In this document: piece by piece, positions 1 to 11,160 of the stretch
Layout: the number at the start of each line of letters is the position of its first letter
Position numbering within the stretch: position 1 is the stretch's first letter
DNA from: Octopus sinensis
Taxonomy: Eukaryota
NCBI RefSeq assembly: GCF_006345805.1
Contig: NC_043004.1
Coordinates: forward strand, 14,508,001-14,572,000
Reading direction: 5' to 3'
DNA: 64,000 nucleotides
Notes under the pieces: model-generated
What the model was told of the DNA's origin: nothing
The model's database searches: none
The model's input: only the letters and a program-made list of their open reading frames with translations
Program-made: the position numbers and the translations under genes

Positions 1-2759
1 GCCTCCCACATGCTCATATCCTGTTTTGGCTCTCAGCGAAAATCAATTACAATGACATTGACAACATACTCTCTGCAGAGCTTCCTGATCCAGCTTTAGA
101 CAAAGAACTATACGAAATAGTTAAAGCAAACATGGTATATGGTCCATGTGGGTGTGGATTCAACATAAACTCACCATGCTTGAAGGACAGCATATGTTCA
201 AAAAGATTTCCATGGAGGTTCTTACAAGAAACTCAGACAGGTGCTGATGGGTATCCATCATACAAACGCAGAAAACCAGAAGACGGAAGTTTCACAGCAA
301 CTATCGGACAGCACGATATTGATAATAGATGGATTGTTCTATACTGTCCACTCCTGTCAAAGACTTTCAATGCCCACATCAACGTTGAGTTTTGCAACTC
401 CGTTAAATCCATCAAGTGCGTTTGCAAATATGTAAACAAGGGTTCTGACGCTGCAATGTTTGGACGTCAACAAGAATACTGCCAGGATGAGGTGACACAT
501 TATCAGGTGGGACGGTACATAAGTAGCAACGAGGCTTTCTGGCGCATTTTTGGCTTTCCAATTCACCAACGACACCCCGCCATTCAACAGCTTGCAGTGC
601 ACCTGGAAAATGGTCAATGAGTGTACTTCACCGATGCTAATGCTTCTCTGTTGGCAGAGGGACCAAGGGATAGCACACTCACTGCATTCTTCAAGCTTTG
701 TCAATTGGATCCATTCGCTCAAACGTTGCTGTATCCACATATTCCATCGTACTACACTTGGAATGGAAAAAAATGGGCCCCACGGAAAGCAGGTCAAAAT
801 GTTCATGGATACCCTGGCATTAAGTTTCTCACTTGCCTTGGGCGAGTATACATAGTGCATCCCACTCAACAAGAGTGCTTCTACCTTCGTCTACTACTTT
901 ATGAGATCAGAGGGCCAACGTCTTTCCAGGCCCTAAAAACCGTTGATGGACATGTCTACGCAACATACAGAGAAGCCTGCTATCGACAAGGTCTGTTAGA
1001 AGATGGTGCACAATGGGATGCAACTTTAGGAGAGGCTGCTATATGATAATCACCTAAAGGTCTCAGGGCACTGTTTGCAGTATTACTACAGGCATGCGAA
1101 CTGTGTGATCCGGCCACTCTATGGCTCAAATATAGAGACAACCTGGCTGAAGACTTTCAGCGCCAAGCTCAACAGCTCTATCCTGACATGGAGGGTATCA
1201 GCAATGAAATCTGTAACAAAACACTTATTGACATTGAAGACAGAATTGCTAAACTGGGTGGAAATGATTTGTCGACGTATGGCCTGCCACAAGCATTCAG
1301 GTAAGGGTCAAATAGCCTTCCCACTGCTGTCATTCGTGAAACAACCTACGACACTCAAGCGCTTTCAAAGTACATTGTTGAAAATGAGCCTAAATTACTT
1401 CTAGACCAGCTGCAGGCCTACAGAACTATTCTTAACAGTGTACTCCAACGCGAGGGACAAATCTTCTTCCTCGATGCTCCTGGAGAGACAGGAAAACATT
1501 TATTACAAAGCTTCTCCTTGCAGAAGTTAGGCAGCATCAGGACATTGCAGTAGCTGTAGCCTGCTCTAGCATTGCAGCTACTTTGTTACCCGGTGGCAGG
1601 ACAGCACACTCAACTTTTAAACTCCCTCTCAATTTAGCAGCATCCGAAATGCCTTCATGCAACATCAACGAAAACTCAGATCAGGGACAAGTACTTAAAA
1701 TGTGTCATCTAATTGTCTGGGATGAGTGCACTATGGCTCACAAGGGAGCTTTGGAAGCATTGGATAGAGCCCTGAAAAACATCCGAGACTGTCAGGCTCC
1801 AATGGGAGGTGTAACACTTCTGTTGTCAGGTGATTTCAGGCAAACTCTTCCTGTCATTCCGAAAGGCACTAGAGTAGATGAAGTCCAAGCATGCCTAAAG
1901 TCCTCTACCCTGTGGCATCATGTTACAATCCTCAGTCTCACCACTAACATGAGAGCTCAGCTACACGGCGACAAAATATCCACAAAGTTTGCACAGGACA
2001 TTTTGACACTTGGTGAAGGCGACGCCTCTCGATGCTGCAGGACAAATGGAAGTGTGGTCATTTTCCTCTGTTGTTAATTCTGTAGATGACCTCAAAAACG
2101 AAGTCTTTCCCAACCAACTTCACACAAACTACCAAAATCACAATTGGCTGTGTGAAAGAGCAATATTAGCTCCAAAAAACGTCGCTGTTAACAAAATTGA
2201 TCAACAGCTAATGCATTCTCTTCCCAGCACTATACACACTTACAAGTCTGTTGATACAATTCCAGATATAAATGAAGTTGTGAACTATCCTCCTGAATTT
2301 CTCAATTCACTGAAGCCTCCTGGACTACCTCCACACATATTAGCACTTAAAGTTGGAACTCCTGTAATGCTACTCCGAAATCTGGAACCACCAAGACTTT
2401 GCAATGGAACACGACTGATGATAAAGAAAATGATGTCACACGTTATCGAGGCGATCATTCTTTCTGGATGTGGAAAAGGTGATGACCTCTTTATTCCCAG
2501 AATTCCTCTTACTCCATCAGGAGCAGAAATTCCATTTACATTCAGAAAACTGCAATTCCCCCTTCGTGTCAGCTCTGCCTTGTCCATTAACAAATCTCAG
2601 GGTCAAACCCTCTCTGTAGCTGTTCTCCCCTTGGAAGAGCCCTGCTTCTCGCATGGGCAACTGTATGTTGGCTGCTCAAGAGTAGGAACCAAAATAAACC
2701 TTTTTGTATATGCTCCACAAGGAAAAACAAGGAACATTGTTTACAACGAGGTGTTATAA
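1..2759 (+). pseudogene. Helitron RepHel (HUH Rep + PIF1/SF1 helicase) pseudogene, 5' end outside window
   Basis: Frame 3 from base 3 reads LPHAHILFWL (HUH motif, H-A-H at 9-17). Rep motif 3 is KCVCKYVNKG (417-; first catalytic Tyr replaced by Cys). Walker A is LDAPGETGK (1473-1496). Helicase motifs IVWDE, LLLSGDFRQTLPV, LRNLEPPRLCNGTRL, SINKSQGQTL, FSHGQLYVGCSRV follow, with stop at 2757-2759. Inactivated by in-frame stops (618-620, 1044-1049, 1302-1304) and frameshifts near 1497 and about 2030. Confidence 0.95.
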
Positions 2760-2836
2760 TCACAACAGCCAGGAGGTATATACATGATCCCCTTTTTTTA
2801 ACAAACTTCATGTACTGTCATATATTTATATATATA

Positions 2837-3328
2837 CATGGGAAAATGCAAGCATGAAAAGTAATATTTTTAAGATTATAAACCTGGAAAAGTACGGGAC
2901 AAGTTATGACACCTGTAAACGTATAGGACAAACTACTACTTCAAGTAAAATAAAGAATAAGAAACTTTTTACTTAAAATATTGCACCAAAGAATGCCACT
3001 TCTTTTAATTTATCATTCTTTAGAGTTCTCATCTTTTATTGCACCAAAAATGTTCAGCTAATTTGCAAGTTTTTCTAATTAGTCACTATTTTCTGTATTT
3101 AAAGTAGTAAAGTAGCCAAATTGTACTTAAATATGTATAGTGTTATTTGAAAACTATAATAGAATAATTTTTAATATTCAAATTTAAATTTTAGCTGCAA
3201 GATTTTAAGTAAAATGTTTCTTATTCTTTACTTGAAGTAATTGCTTGTTCTATACTCTTACAGGTGTCCTGTACTTTTCCAGGTTTATAATCTTAAGAAT
3301 CTTATTTTTCGTGCTTGCATTTTCCATG
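2837..3328. mobile_element. Fold-back/MITE-like element with about 150-bp imperfect inverted arms (copy 1)
   Basis: Left arm CATGGGAAAATGCAAGCATGAAAAG...CTTAAAATATTGCA (2837-about 2985) is the imperfect reverse complement of TGCAAGATTTTAAG...GTGCTTGCATTTTCCATG (about 3197-3328). A related copy lies at 28567-29021. Confidence 0.75.
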
Positions 3329-3479
3329 CAATCCATGATTTTTCCAGACATTGCTGTTATAAGATAAGTAATAATGTGTCAATAATTTAAGATTTTACCT
3401 TATAAAATACTGAAAAATAATATTTCAATTTATCCATGTTGAATTTAAATAAATGTTGTGATTGAATTATTTGATGTTA

Positions 3480-3898
3480 CCCATCTACACCAAATTTATG
3501 GCAGGGATTTTTACCATGTTGTTCGTTGCACCATAGCTCATCAAAAATTACAAACAAGATCCCAAAACGATCAATTATCAGGCTCATCTTAAGTAACCTA
3601 ATTTTGCAATATTAGGAGGACACAGGAACTCATTCAACGAAAAAACATTTCCATCGATTCCGGGATTGGGAGGGTAAACCCCACCTAATTTTTTCCGAAT
3701 CAAAATAAGGGATTTGCAGCACATTAGGAGGTCAAGGTCTTGATTCCACACAAAAAATCTTTTTTTTTCTTCGTGCGGGTATTAATATAGAAATTGACTA
3801 TAATGTTGTTATTTAGCCTCAAATCAACCCTCATACTGAAAACGTATCATTAAAGGCATTCCAGCCTGCAGCAAACCGAGTTTTTAGGGATAATCTAG
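3480..3898 (+). mobile_element. Probable Helitron 3' region, possible CTAG terminus at 3895-3898
   Basis: The module GCAGCACATTAGGAGGTCAAG..TTGATTCCACACAAAAAA (about 3715-3790) recurs inside the non-autonomous Helitron at about 5170-5270. A degenerate GCAAACCGAGT...CTAG end resembles the other Helitron ends in the window. Confidence 0.4.
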
Positions 3899-4074
3899 GA
3901 CATAACATACATGTGATTTAGGTAGGGGGTAATTTGGCTGCTATTTTCAACGTGTGGAGCGACCAGGTAGAGGCTCTTACATTGGTATCGATTGCGTGAC
4001 ACAATATGGTCAAAACATCACATTTTCTTAGAGATCTCATACATCATTGAATTGTGTCACAACAGCGATTAAAA

Positions 4075-4285
4075 ATGTTTGTAAAATTTTTTCTAAATTT
4101 TCCTCAAAACTTTTTGAAAATGTTACGCAAAAAGTTTTGAAAAATTTTTGGGTATAATTTTTAAAAACTTTTTCAAAAGTTTTTGGTGAAAATTTTCAAA
4201 AATTTTTTGAAAAATATTTTGGTGAAAATTTTCAAAAATTTTTGAAAAATTTTTGGAAAATTTAACTCAAAAGTTTTTGAAAATA
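4075..4285. repeat. A/T-tract minisatellite of self-complementary AAAATTTTTG(A)AAA-type units
   Basis: Alternating A4-5 and T4-6 runs over about 210 bp, including repeated GGTGAAAATTTTCAAAAATTTT. Confidence 0.8.
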
Positions 4286-4429
4286 TATAAGACGGGCTTC
4301 TTACGGTTTACATCAACCAGATATATGGTCGGCCCGTGTCTATAGCAGAAGATACTCGCCCAAGATGTCATGCAATATTACTGAACCCAGAACCATGTGG
4401 TTGGGAGAACATATATATTTATATATACA

Positions 4430-4498
<69 letters not shown>

Positions 4499-5555
4499 GG
4501 CAAGATGTGTTGTGTGTGTGGTGCGTGTGTACGTGATTGTAGTTTATGCACATCCACAAATGCGCACGCATGTCGCTCAAATATTAGGAGGACATTCGTT
4601 AACAGCCTATCTGGGTTTTGTCAACTTATTTTTCCCCGTGGCACCCGCGGATAGCGGTAAAAATCTATTTTCAGCCGTAGCTTTTTGACGGCGTCTAACA
4701 AAAAAAAAACAAGATAAAGAAAAGCAGAGGCAGAGAGTTTTACGGGAAAGACAAATTGAGAGAGGGAGAGAGTAAGTGACGACCTTCATAAAATATAAAA
4801 TGTAAAATGTTTTGTCTTTTCTTAAACACGAGATATAGTGTTTAAATTCAGGTTGTTTTTGAAAGACACTATATTTTATAATCATAGTATATATACTTTC
4901 TCACACAACAATTACAATATATTTATTTTAAATCATTAATTTATTTTAAATCTTTCATCTTCCCCCCTCTCTCTCACACACGTTACTTTGAGTGCGAAAG
5001 AGTTTTGTTTTTATTTTACGCCGAGTAAAAAAGTGTTTTGTTGACAATCCATTTATTTAACAACAAAGAAACAAAGAGGTGAGTAGCAATTTGTCAGTGA
5101 ATTGCACAATATAAATGGGTACAATTGCCGAGGCTTCCACCACACCCACTCCGTTTCACGGACCACAAAAAGGGTTTTGTAGCATATTAAGAGGCCAGAG
5201 TAGTTGATTCCACGCAAAAAAAAAAAAAAAACGATTATTTTTCTTAGTGAAAATCGTGCGAGTGTTAATCTACAAATTTAACAACATTTTTCCATTCATT
5301 TCTGTTTATGAGCATGTATGCATGCACAAAACATGCAATAGGTGTACGTACGTACATGTGTGTTCGTGTCTGTTGCCCATATATATTTATCTTATATTAT
5401 ATTATATATATATAATATATATATATAATATAACCAATTTCAACGGATTTTGCCCAAATTTGACGTCGATATATCTTAGTTTGGTTTGAAATAAAGAATT
5501 TGGTTAGCTTAATAATCGTAACTTAATCCAGGGCAAGGCCGGGTAATACTGCTAG
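4430..5555 (+). mobile_element. Non-autonomous Helitron (about 1.1 kb)
   Basis: 5' end A|TCTGTATATA...TACGGCAAG resembles the 5' end of the 9768-10096 element. 3' end GGGCAAGGCCGGGTAATACTGCTAG (5531-5555) matches that element's 3' end (GAGCAACGCCGGGCGATACTGCTAG). Helitron TC...CTAG termini are established knowledge. Confidence 0.65.
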
Positions 5556-5742
5556 CATATAATAAATAATATCTGATATAGAGCTCAGTGGAAAAAATTC
5601 GCGTATTCTGAAAAAAATTTCAGTCTACAGAATTTTAGCCCGACAACTGATTGATCACTGATTATGTTGATCAGCCACTTGTCAGACGAAACACGAGTAG
5701 ACTTTCATTTTCGACTTAATCACACACAAATACAAAAGTTCT

Positions 5743-5809
<67 letters not shown>

Positions 5810-6174
5810 TGTGTCTGTGTGCGTGTGTTTGTGTGTCTGTGGGCGTGAATGACAAATTGCTTGGTGTTTCTAGCTACAAAATTCTGCTGACATTATATTG
5901 ATCGAGCAAAAGTTAAAACCATTTCGCTGAAGATTGGCTTATTCGAACAACGTAGTTCCACAACGTAGTATAAAAACAACATAGTATAAAAACGCAGTCG
6001 CTGAAAGAGGGTGCAATGGGATCGAAACGGAGTCAAATTGCAATGACTCCAACTTTTTAAAGAAACTGTTATGATCACGAGAACATATATATTATGTAGT
6101 ATTTACTCACATATGTAAAGAGAGAGACAAACATGCAGAAGCACACATGCATACACGTGTATATACATACATAT

Positions 6175-6556
6175 ACTCTTTTACTCTTTTACTCTTTTAC
6201 TTGTTTCAGTCATTTGACTGCGGCCATGCTGGAGCACCGCCTTTAGTCGAGCAAATCGACCCCGGGACTTATTCTTTGTTAGCCCAGTACTTATTCTATC
6301 GGTCTCTTTTGCCGAACCGCTAAGTGACGGGGACGTAAACACACCAGCATCGGTAGTCAAGCAATGCTAGGGGGACAAACACACACACACAAACATACAC
6401 ATATATATATACATATATACGACAGGCTTCTTTCAGTTTTCGTCTACCAAATCCACTCACATAGCAGAAGACACTTGCCCAAGATGCCACGCAGTGGGAC
6501 TGGACCCGGAACGATGTAGTGGTTAGCAAGCTAATTACCACACAGCCACTCCTGCG

Positions 6557-6558
<2 letters not shown>
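6175..6558 (-). mobile_element. tRNA-derived SINE, octopus OR2/CORE-like family (family A), full length
   Basis: Minus strand: head GGAGTGGCTGTGTGGTAA, B-box-like GGTCCAGTCCC, CORE-like CTTGGGCAAGTGTCTT, internal microsatellite, tail GGTGCTCCAGCATGGCCGCAGTCAAATGACTGAAACAAG(TAAAAGAG)n. More than 12 related copies or fragments occur in the window. Family name is from recall. Confidence 0.85.
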
Positions 6559-6605
<47 letters not shown>

Positions 6606-7173
6606 GTATGTATATGTATATATACATATATATCACGGGATCACGTGACCGACCAGGCTATCAGATGTTGCTACACATCGCTGGTCACAGTGCGCTTCGT
6701 ATTGTTTTAGCCTTCAAATGACGCCACGCCGGTGGCTAAGCGAGCAGGCCAATATATATATATATATATAGGGAGAGAGAGAGATTTTATCCTCGATTTT
6801 CATGATAAATATAAATTCAGTTAAAACGGATTTATTCGCCGCTAAATTATTTTGGTTATTCACACGTGGCTGAACAGAACGAACAAGATTTAAATTGTCT
6901 ATAAGTGTGAACGTTTGTATATCTTTCGGTTATGTCATACTGATCATGGTAATGTGGTATTACATCCCTATACGAAAAGTCAATTTACGGCTAAAGATTT
7001 TTAAAAATCTTCTTTGTTCATTCCATCGCATTCAGCCCGCGTCTATGTGATAAATAGGTTAGTTTTAGAGCCATTTGGCGTCTTCTAGCATGTGGCATTA
7101 CTCAGTAGTTGTCATTTTGGGATTTGGTTTGCAAGATTCTTTATGTGAGTTCGTGTGTTGAAGCAAATTCTAT

Positions 7174-7374
7174 TGTGTCTGTGGAGAGTAATTTTTTTCT
7201 GCCTTATAATTAAACACACTCACCGGTAAACTTTCCACTTATTCACGACTATTTAAAAGGTTGCAAGATGCAACGAAAATTTTAGGAAAATAAAAATAAG
7301 GAATAAATGGAAATTTTACCGGCGAGTGTCTAAAATTATAAGGCACAAGAAGAAAATGACTCTCCCCGGACACA
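7174..7374. repeat. About 70-bp imperfect inverted repeat around a degenerate hammerhead-like centre (PLE pseudo-LTR remnant)
   Basis: Arms 7174-7244 and 7301-7374 are imperfect reverse complements. The centre has GTTGC-AAGAT-GCAAC-GAAA (stem II + GAAA) but no intact CUGANGA. It lies about 150 bp upstream of the PLE ORF. Confidence 0.65.
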
Positions 7375-7522
7375 AAAGTATATATATAAATGGCAAGACT
7401 AGAAAAGAATGAGAGAGACCCCGATATTATGTAAATAGAGGAATTTATCTGTAAATATAAGTGAAAATTATATTTTTAGACATATATATATATATACTTT
7501 ACTATTATTATTATCATGATAT

Positions 7523-8644
7523 GGCTATGTTGAGGCCCAAATATTCTCTAATTTCACTGGTCCCACTCCTGAACTATATGGTCGTTATATTGACGACATT
7601 ATCGGTGCCACCTCACTCTCCCGCGAACATCTAGATTCCTTCCTCTCTTTCGTCCAATCTTTCCATCCAGCCCTCCACTTCACTTCCACTATCTCCAACA
7701 CCTCTGTCTCCTTCCTCGACATTTCGGTTAGCATTCTTCACTCCACTCTTACCACCTCCATTCACTACAAACACACAGACTCACACTCATACCTCAACTT
7801 CTCTTCCTCCCACCCAGAACACACCAAGCTTTCCATCCCCTATTCCCAATTCCTCCGTCTACGTAGGCTCTGTAGTGACGACCATGACTTTGAGACTCAG
7901 TCTCAACGTATGGCTCACCACTTCACCCTACGTGGATACCCCCTCACCACTATCCACACCGCCCTTGCCAGAGCACGGTCCGTGGACCGTGTATCTGCTC
8001 TCTCTCCCCGAACCCACCCTGTAGTCTCCCGCCTCCCTTTTCCCCACACTTACCACCCCACGACCCTACGTCTCCAACGCACCATTCTTCGAGCTTTCCG
8101 TCATCTCCAGTCCGACCCGTCCACTTCACACCTCTTCCCTAACCGACCCCTCCCCTCTTTCAAACGAGCCCACAACCTTCGAGACCTTTTGGTCCATAGC
8201 TCCTTCCCTGACCCTACCTCCCAACCCGGCTCGTTCCCCTGCTCCCGCCCACGTTGCCGCACTTGCCCTTACCTCTCCAACACCACCCGCCTCACTAGCA
8301 CCCACCATCGACCCTATCCCATCATCCACTCCTTCACCTGCACCTCCAGCAATATTATCTATTGCATCTCTTGCTCTCTCTGCAATTCCTTGTACATCGG
8401 ACAAACGGGACGCCGCTTGGCTGACCGGTTCGCGGAACACCTTCGTGACATCCACCTTTCGAACGACACACCGGTCTCACGCCATTTCCGCTCCACCGGT
8501 CACTCCTTGCAACACCTATCTGTGTTCGGTTTGTCCTTACACAGAGGCCATCCGGATTCCCGTTTGCGCCGTGAACAGGAATTAATCTTCTCTCTTCGCT
8601 CTTATACGCCATTTGGTCTCAACTCTCCCCCCCTCCTCATCTAA
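7523..8644 (+). mobile_element. Neptune-type Penelope-like element, 5'-truncated, uninterrupted RT C-terminus + GIY-YIG endonuclease
   Basis: The frame is open from 7523 (GYVEAQIF...YGRYIDDI, RT catalytic YIDD) through the annotated ORF 7910-8644. It has the Cys linker FPCSRPRCRTC (Neptune trait) and the GIY-YIG NIIYCISCSLCNSLYIGQTGRRLADRFAEH. No stops or frameshifts in 374 codons. Confidence 0.93.
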
Positions 8645-9400
8645 CCCCCTCTCCCCCCTCCTCACCTATCCTTTCTCCCCCCGACCCCTACTTCTTCAGT
8701 CCTTCATCCTTTCACCCCTACTCCCCTTCCCTTCTTCCCTCTTTCTCCCTCCCTCTTCCCCTTCCCTCTGCTCCCTCACTCCCTCTCTCCCCCTCTCCCT
8801 CTTTCCTCCTTCATCCCCCTCATCCCCTTCCTTCTCCCCCATCCTCTCCTCTCCCCCTTCTCCTCCCCCTCTTCTTCCCCTCCCCTTCTCTCCCCCCTCT
8901 TCTCCCCCTCCCCCTCTTCTCCCCCTCCCCCTCTTCTCCCCCTCCCCCTCTTCTCCCCGTCCCCCTCTTCTCCCCCTCCCCCTCTTCTCCCCCTCCCCCT
9001 CTTCTCCTCACTACACCACATGACTTTACACATCACATCACATATGATGTGCCATACTAATACACACACCAACTAATACATACTAATACGTACTAATACA
9101 TACTAGTACATACTAATACTTACACCAACCCTATACATACACACGTCCAGACCCCGCATACGCACTTATACTCTCTCACACACACACACACACACCTATA
9201 CATACCAATACGTACTAATACATACTAATACATACTAATACATACACCAACCCCATACATACGCACGTCCAGACCAATCTTACGCACTAATACTCTCTCA
9301 TACACACACACACACACACACACACCCTTATACATACTAATACATACACCAACCCTATACATACACACATCCAGACCCCTCCCACGCACTTTTAGCTGGT
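8645..9400. repeat. CT-rich polypyrimidine repeat followed by (ACTAATACAT)-like and CA microsatellites
   Basis: Direct reading. It produces the spurious Pro/Ser and Gly/Arg/Glu ORFs in the track. Confidence 0.9.
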
Positions 9401-9562
9401 CCCTCAACCCTTTTATCAACCCTATTATCTCCCCTTATTTCGCTCTCCCGTCTCATGTTTGATCTTTGACCTCTGGCCGAAATCAGATCGCCATGTTGAT
9501 TCGTTAGCTACTGCACGCATTTTTTTTCTCTCCTTCTTTCTGTGTTTTTCTCTCTCTGTGTA

Positions 9563-9600
9563 TCTTTCTGTTGAAGAGCGTAGGCTCGAAACGTTAAAGA
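9563..9600 (+). ncRNA. Minimal type-I hammerhead-like motif with A6U core variant, in a PLE pseudo-LTR (about 9480-9690)
   Basis: TCTTT-CTGTTGA-A-GAGC-GTAG-GCTC-GAAAC-GT-T|-AAAGA: perfect 5-bp stem I, 4-bp stem II, palindromic ACGT stem III. Core is CUGUUGA instead of CUGANGA. Confidence 0.6.
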
Positions 9601-9767
9601 CTTGTTTTATTTATATTTCCTGAGCGCCATACTAATACAATTGTTCGTTTGTTTTCCACCTGCCTTCGTCTTTTGTTTATTTTCATAAAGCTTCCCGTTA
9701 TATATATATATATATATAATATATATAATATATATATATATATGTAGTATATATATATATATATATA

Positions 9768-10096
9768 CTAGCAGTATCGCCCGGCGTTGCTCAGGTTTGT
9801 AAGGGAAATAACTATAAAGCATTTTTAGAGAGTTATAGCAAAAAAATGGAAAAAAATGATGGTAAATTATCCGGTTTGTGTTTCTGATTCTCGACCCCAT
9901 GTCGAATTTATCGATTTTTTTCAGAACTGGGGGAACTTTTCAAAATTTTCGCTGCGTTAGTTTTGAATTATGACATTGGGCTATGTGTGTGTCAAGTTTC
10001 ATCAGAATCGGTTGAAAGCTGTGGTCAGGGTGAGGGTACAAGCAAACAGACACACAGAAACACGCACAGACAAACTGCCGTTTATATATAGAGAGA
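9768..10096 (-). mobile_element. Non-autonomous Helitron, complete (329 bp), inserted in a TA tract
   Basis: Minus strand: A|TCTCTCTATATATAAACGGCAG ... AACCGATTCTGATGAAAC ... GAGCAACGCCGGGCGATACTGCTAG|T. Canonical TC...CTAG ends between A and T with no TSD. Confidence 0.85.
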
Positions 10097-10170
10097 TACA
10101 TATATATACATATATATATTATGTACATATGTATATATACATATATATATATATGTATATATATATAATA

Positions 10171-10209
<39 letters not shown>

Positions 10210-10326
10210 TATACATACATATATGTATACATATACATATGTAGATATATATGTGTATATATATATATATGTATATATATATATGTATACATATATATGT
10301 TATATATATGTATATATATATATATG

Positions 10327-10367
<41 letters not shown>

Positions 10368-10403
10368 TATATATGCACATATACATATATATATATATGC
10401 ATA

Positions 10404-10437
<34 letters not shown>

Positions 10438-10644
10438 CTTTATTTTAAGCAGCAGAAAATTCAACAAAATCTGTTACTCTGAGTTTCTCGTTTTTGCAAA
10501 AACTGTCTGATGAACGGCAACGAGAAACTCAGAGTAACAGATTTTGTTGAATTTTCTGCTGCTTAAAATAAAGCATATTACTCTGCCACTGGTATTTGAG
10601 TACTCTTTTTTCCACCTTGTTTCACATTTATGTGTCTACTCCGG

Positions 10645-10655
<11 letters not shown>
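10438..10655 (+). mobile_element. Solo PLE pseudo-LTR with perfect 55-bp inverted copy upstream
   Basis: 10438-10492 is the exact reverse complement of 10519-10573, with a 26-nt spacer. It contains an intact hammerhead (next feature). Confidence 0.75.
10503..10540 (+). ncRNA. Minimal type-I hammerhead ribozyme, all core nucleotides present
   Basis: CTGT | CTGATGA | A CG-GCAA-CG A | GAA | ACTC-A-GAGT | A (cleavage predicted after 10536) | ACAG. Stem I is CTGT/ACAG, stem II has a GNRA loop, and the palindromic stem III is typical of PLE minimal HHRs. Confidence 0.8.
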
Positions 10656-10675
<20 letters not shown>

Positions 10676-10802
10676 TATATATATCCAACGATTCGGATGT
10701 AATTTTTTCAAGTCTTGCCGACGCAAAGAGACACAAGATTCCTTGTAGTTTACCTATTTATGGATATATTTATATATACCAATTGTGTATGTGTATGTGC
10801 TC

Positions 10803-11160
10803 TGTTACTTGTTTCAGTTATGTGCCTGTTGCCATGCTGGAACACATCTTTAATCGAGCAAATCGACCCGCTTAATCTTTGTAAGCCTAGTACTTATTCT
10901 ATCGGTCTCTTTTGCCGTATCACTATGTTACCTGGACGTAAACACACCAACATCGGTTGTCAATCGATGTTGGGGGGACAAACACAAATACACAAACTCA
11001 TACGACGGGCTTCTTTAAGTTTCCGTCTACCAAATCCACTGACAAGGCTTTGGTCGGCCCGAAGCTATAGCAGAAGACACTTGCCCAAAGTGCCACGCAG
11101 TGGGACTGAACCCAGAACCATGTGGTTGGTAAGCAAGCTACTTACCACACAGCCACTCCT
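10803..11160 (-). mobile_element. SINE family A (OR2/CORE-like), full length
   Basis: Same head, CORE-like segment and tail as 6175-6558. Confidence 0.85.

Noticed and set aside
1-2759. Host PIF1 helicase gene or active Helitron
   Set aside because: Fused to a HUH Rep domain, intronless, with multiple stops, frameshifts and a mutated catalytic Tyr.
8126-9072. Minus-strand and Pro/Gly/Arg-rich ORFs
   Set aside because: Antisense of the C-rich PLE ORF and of the CT repeat.
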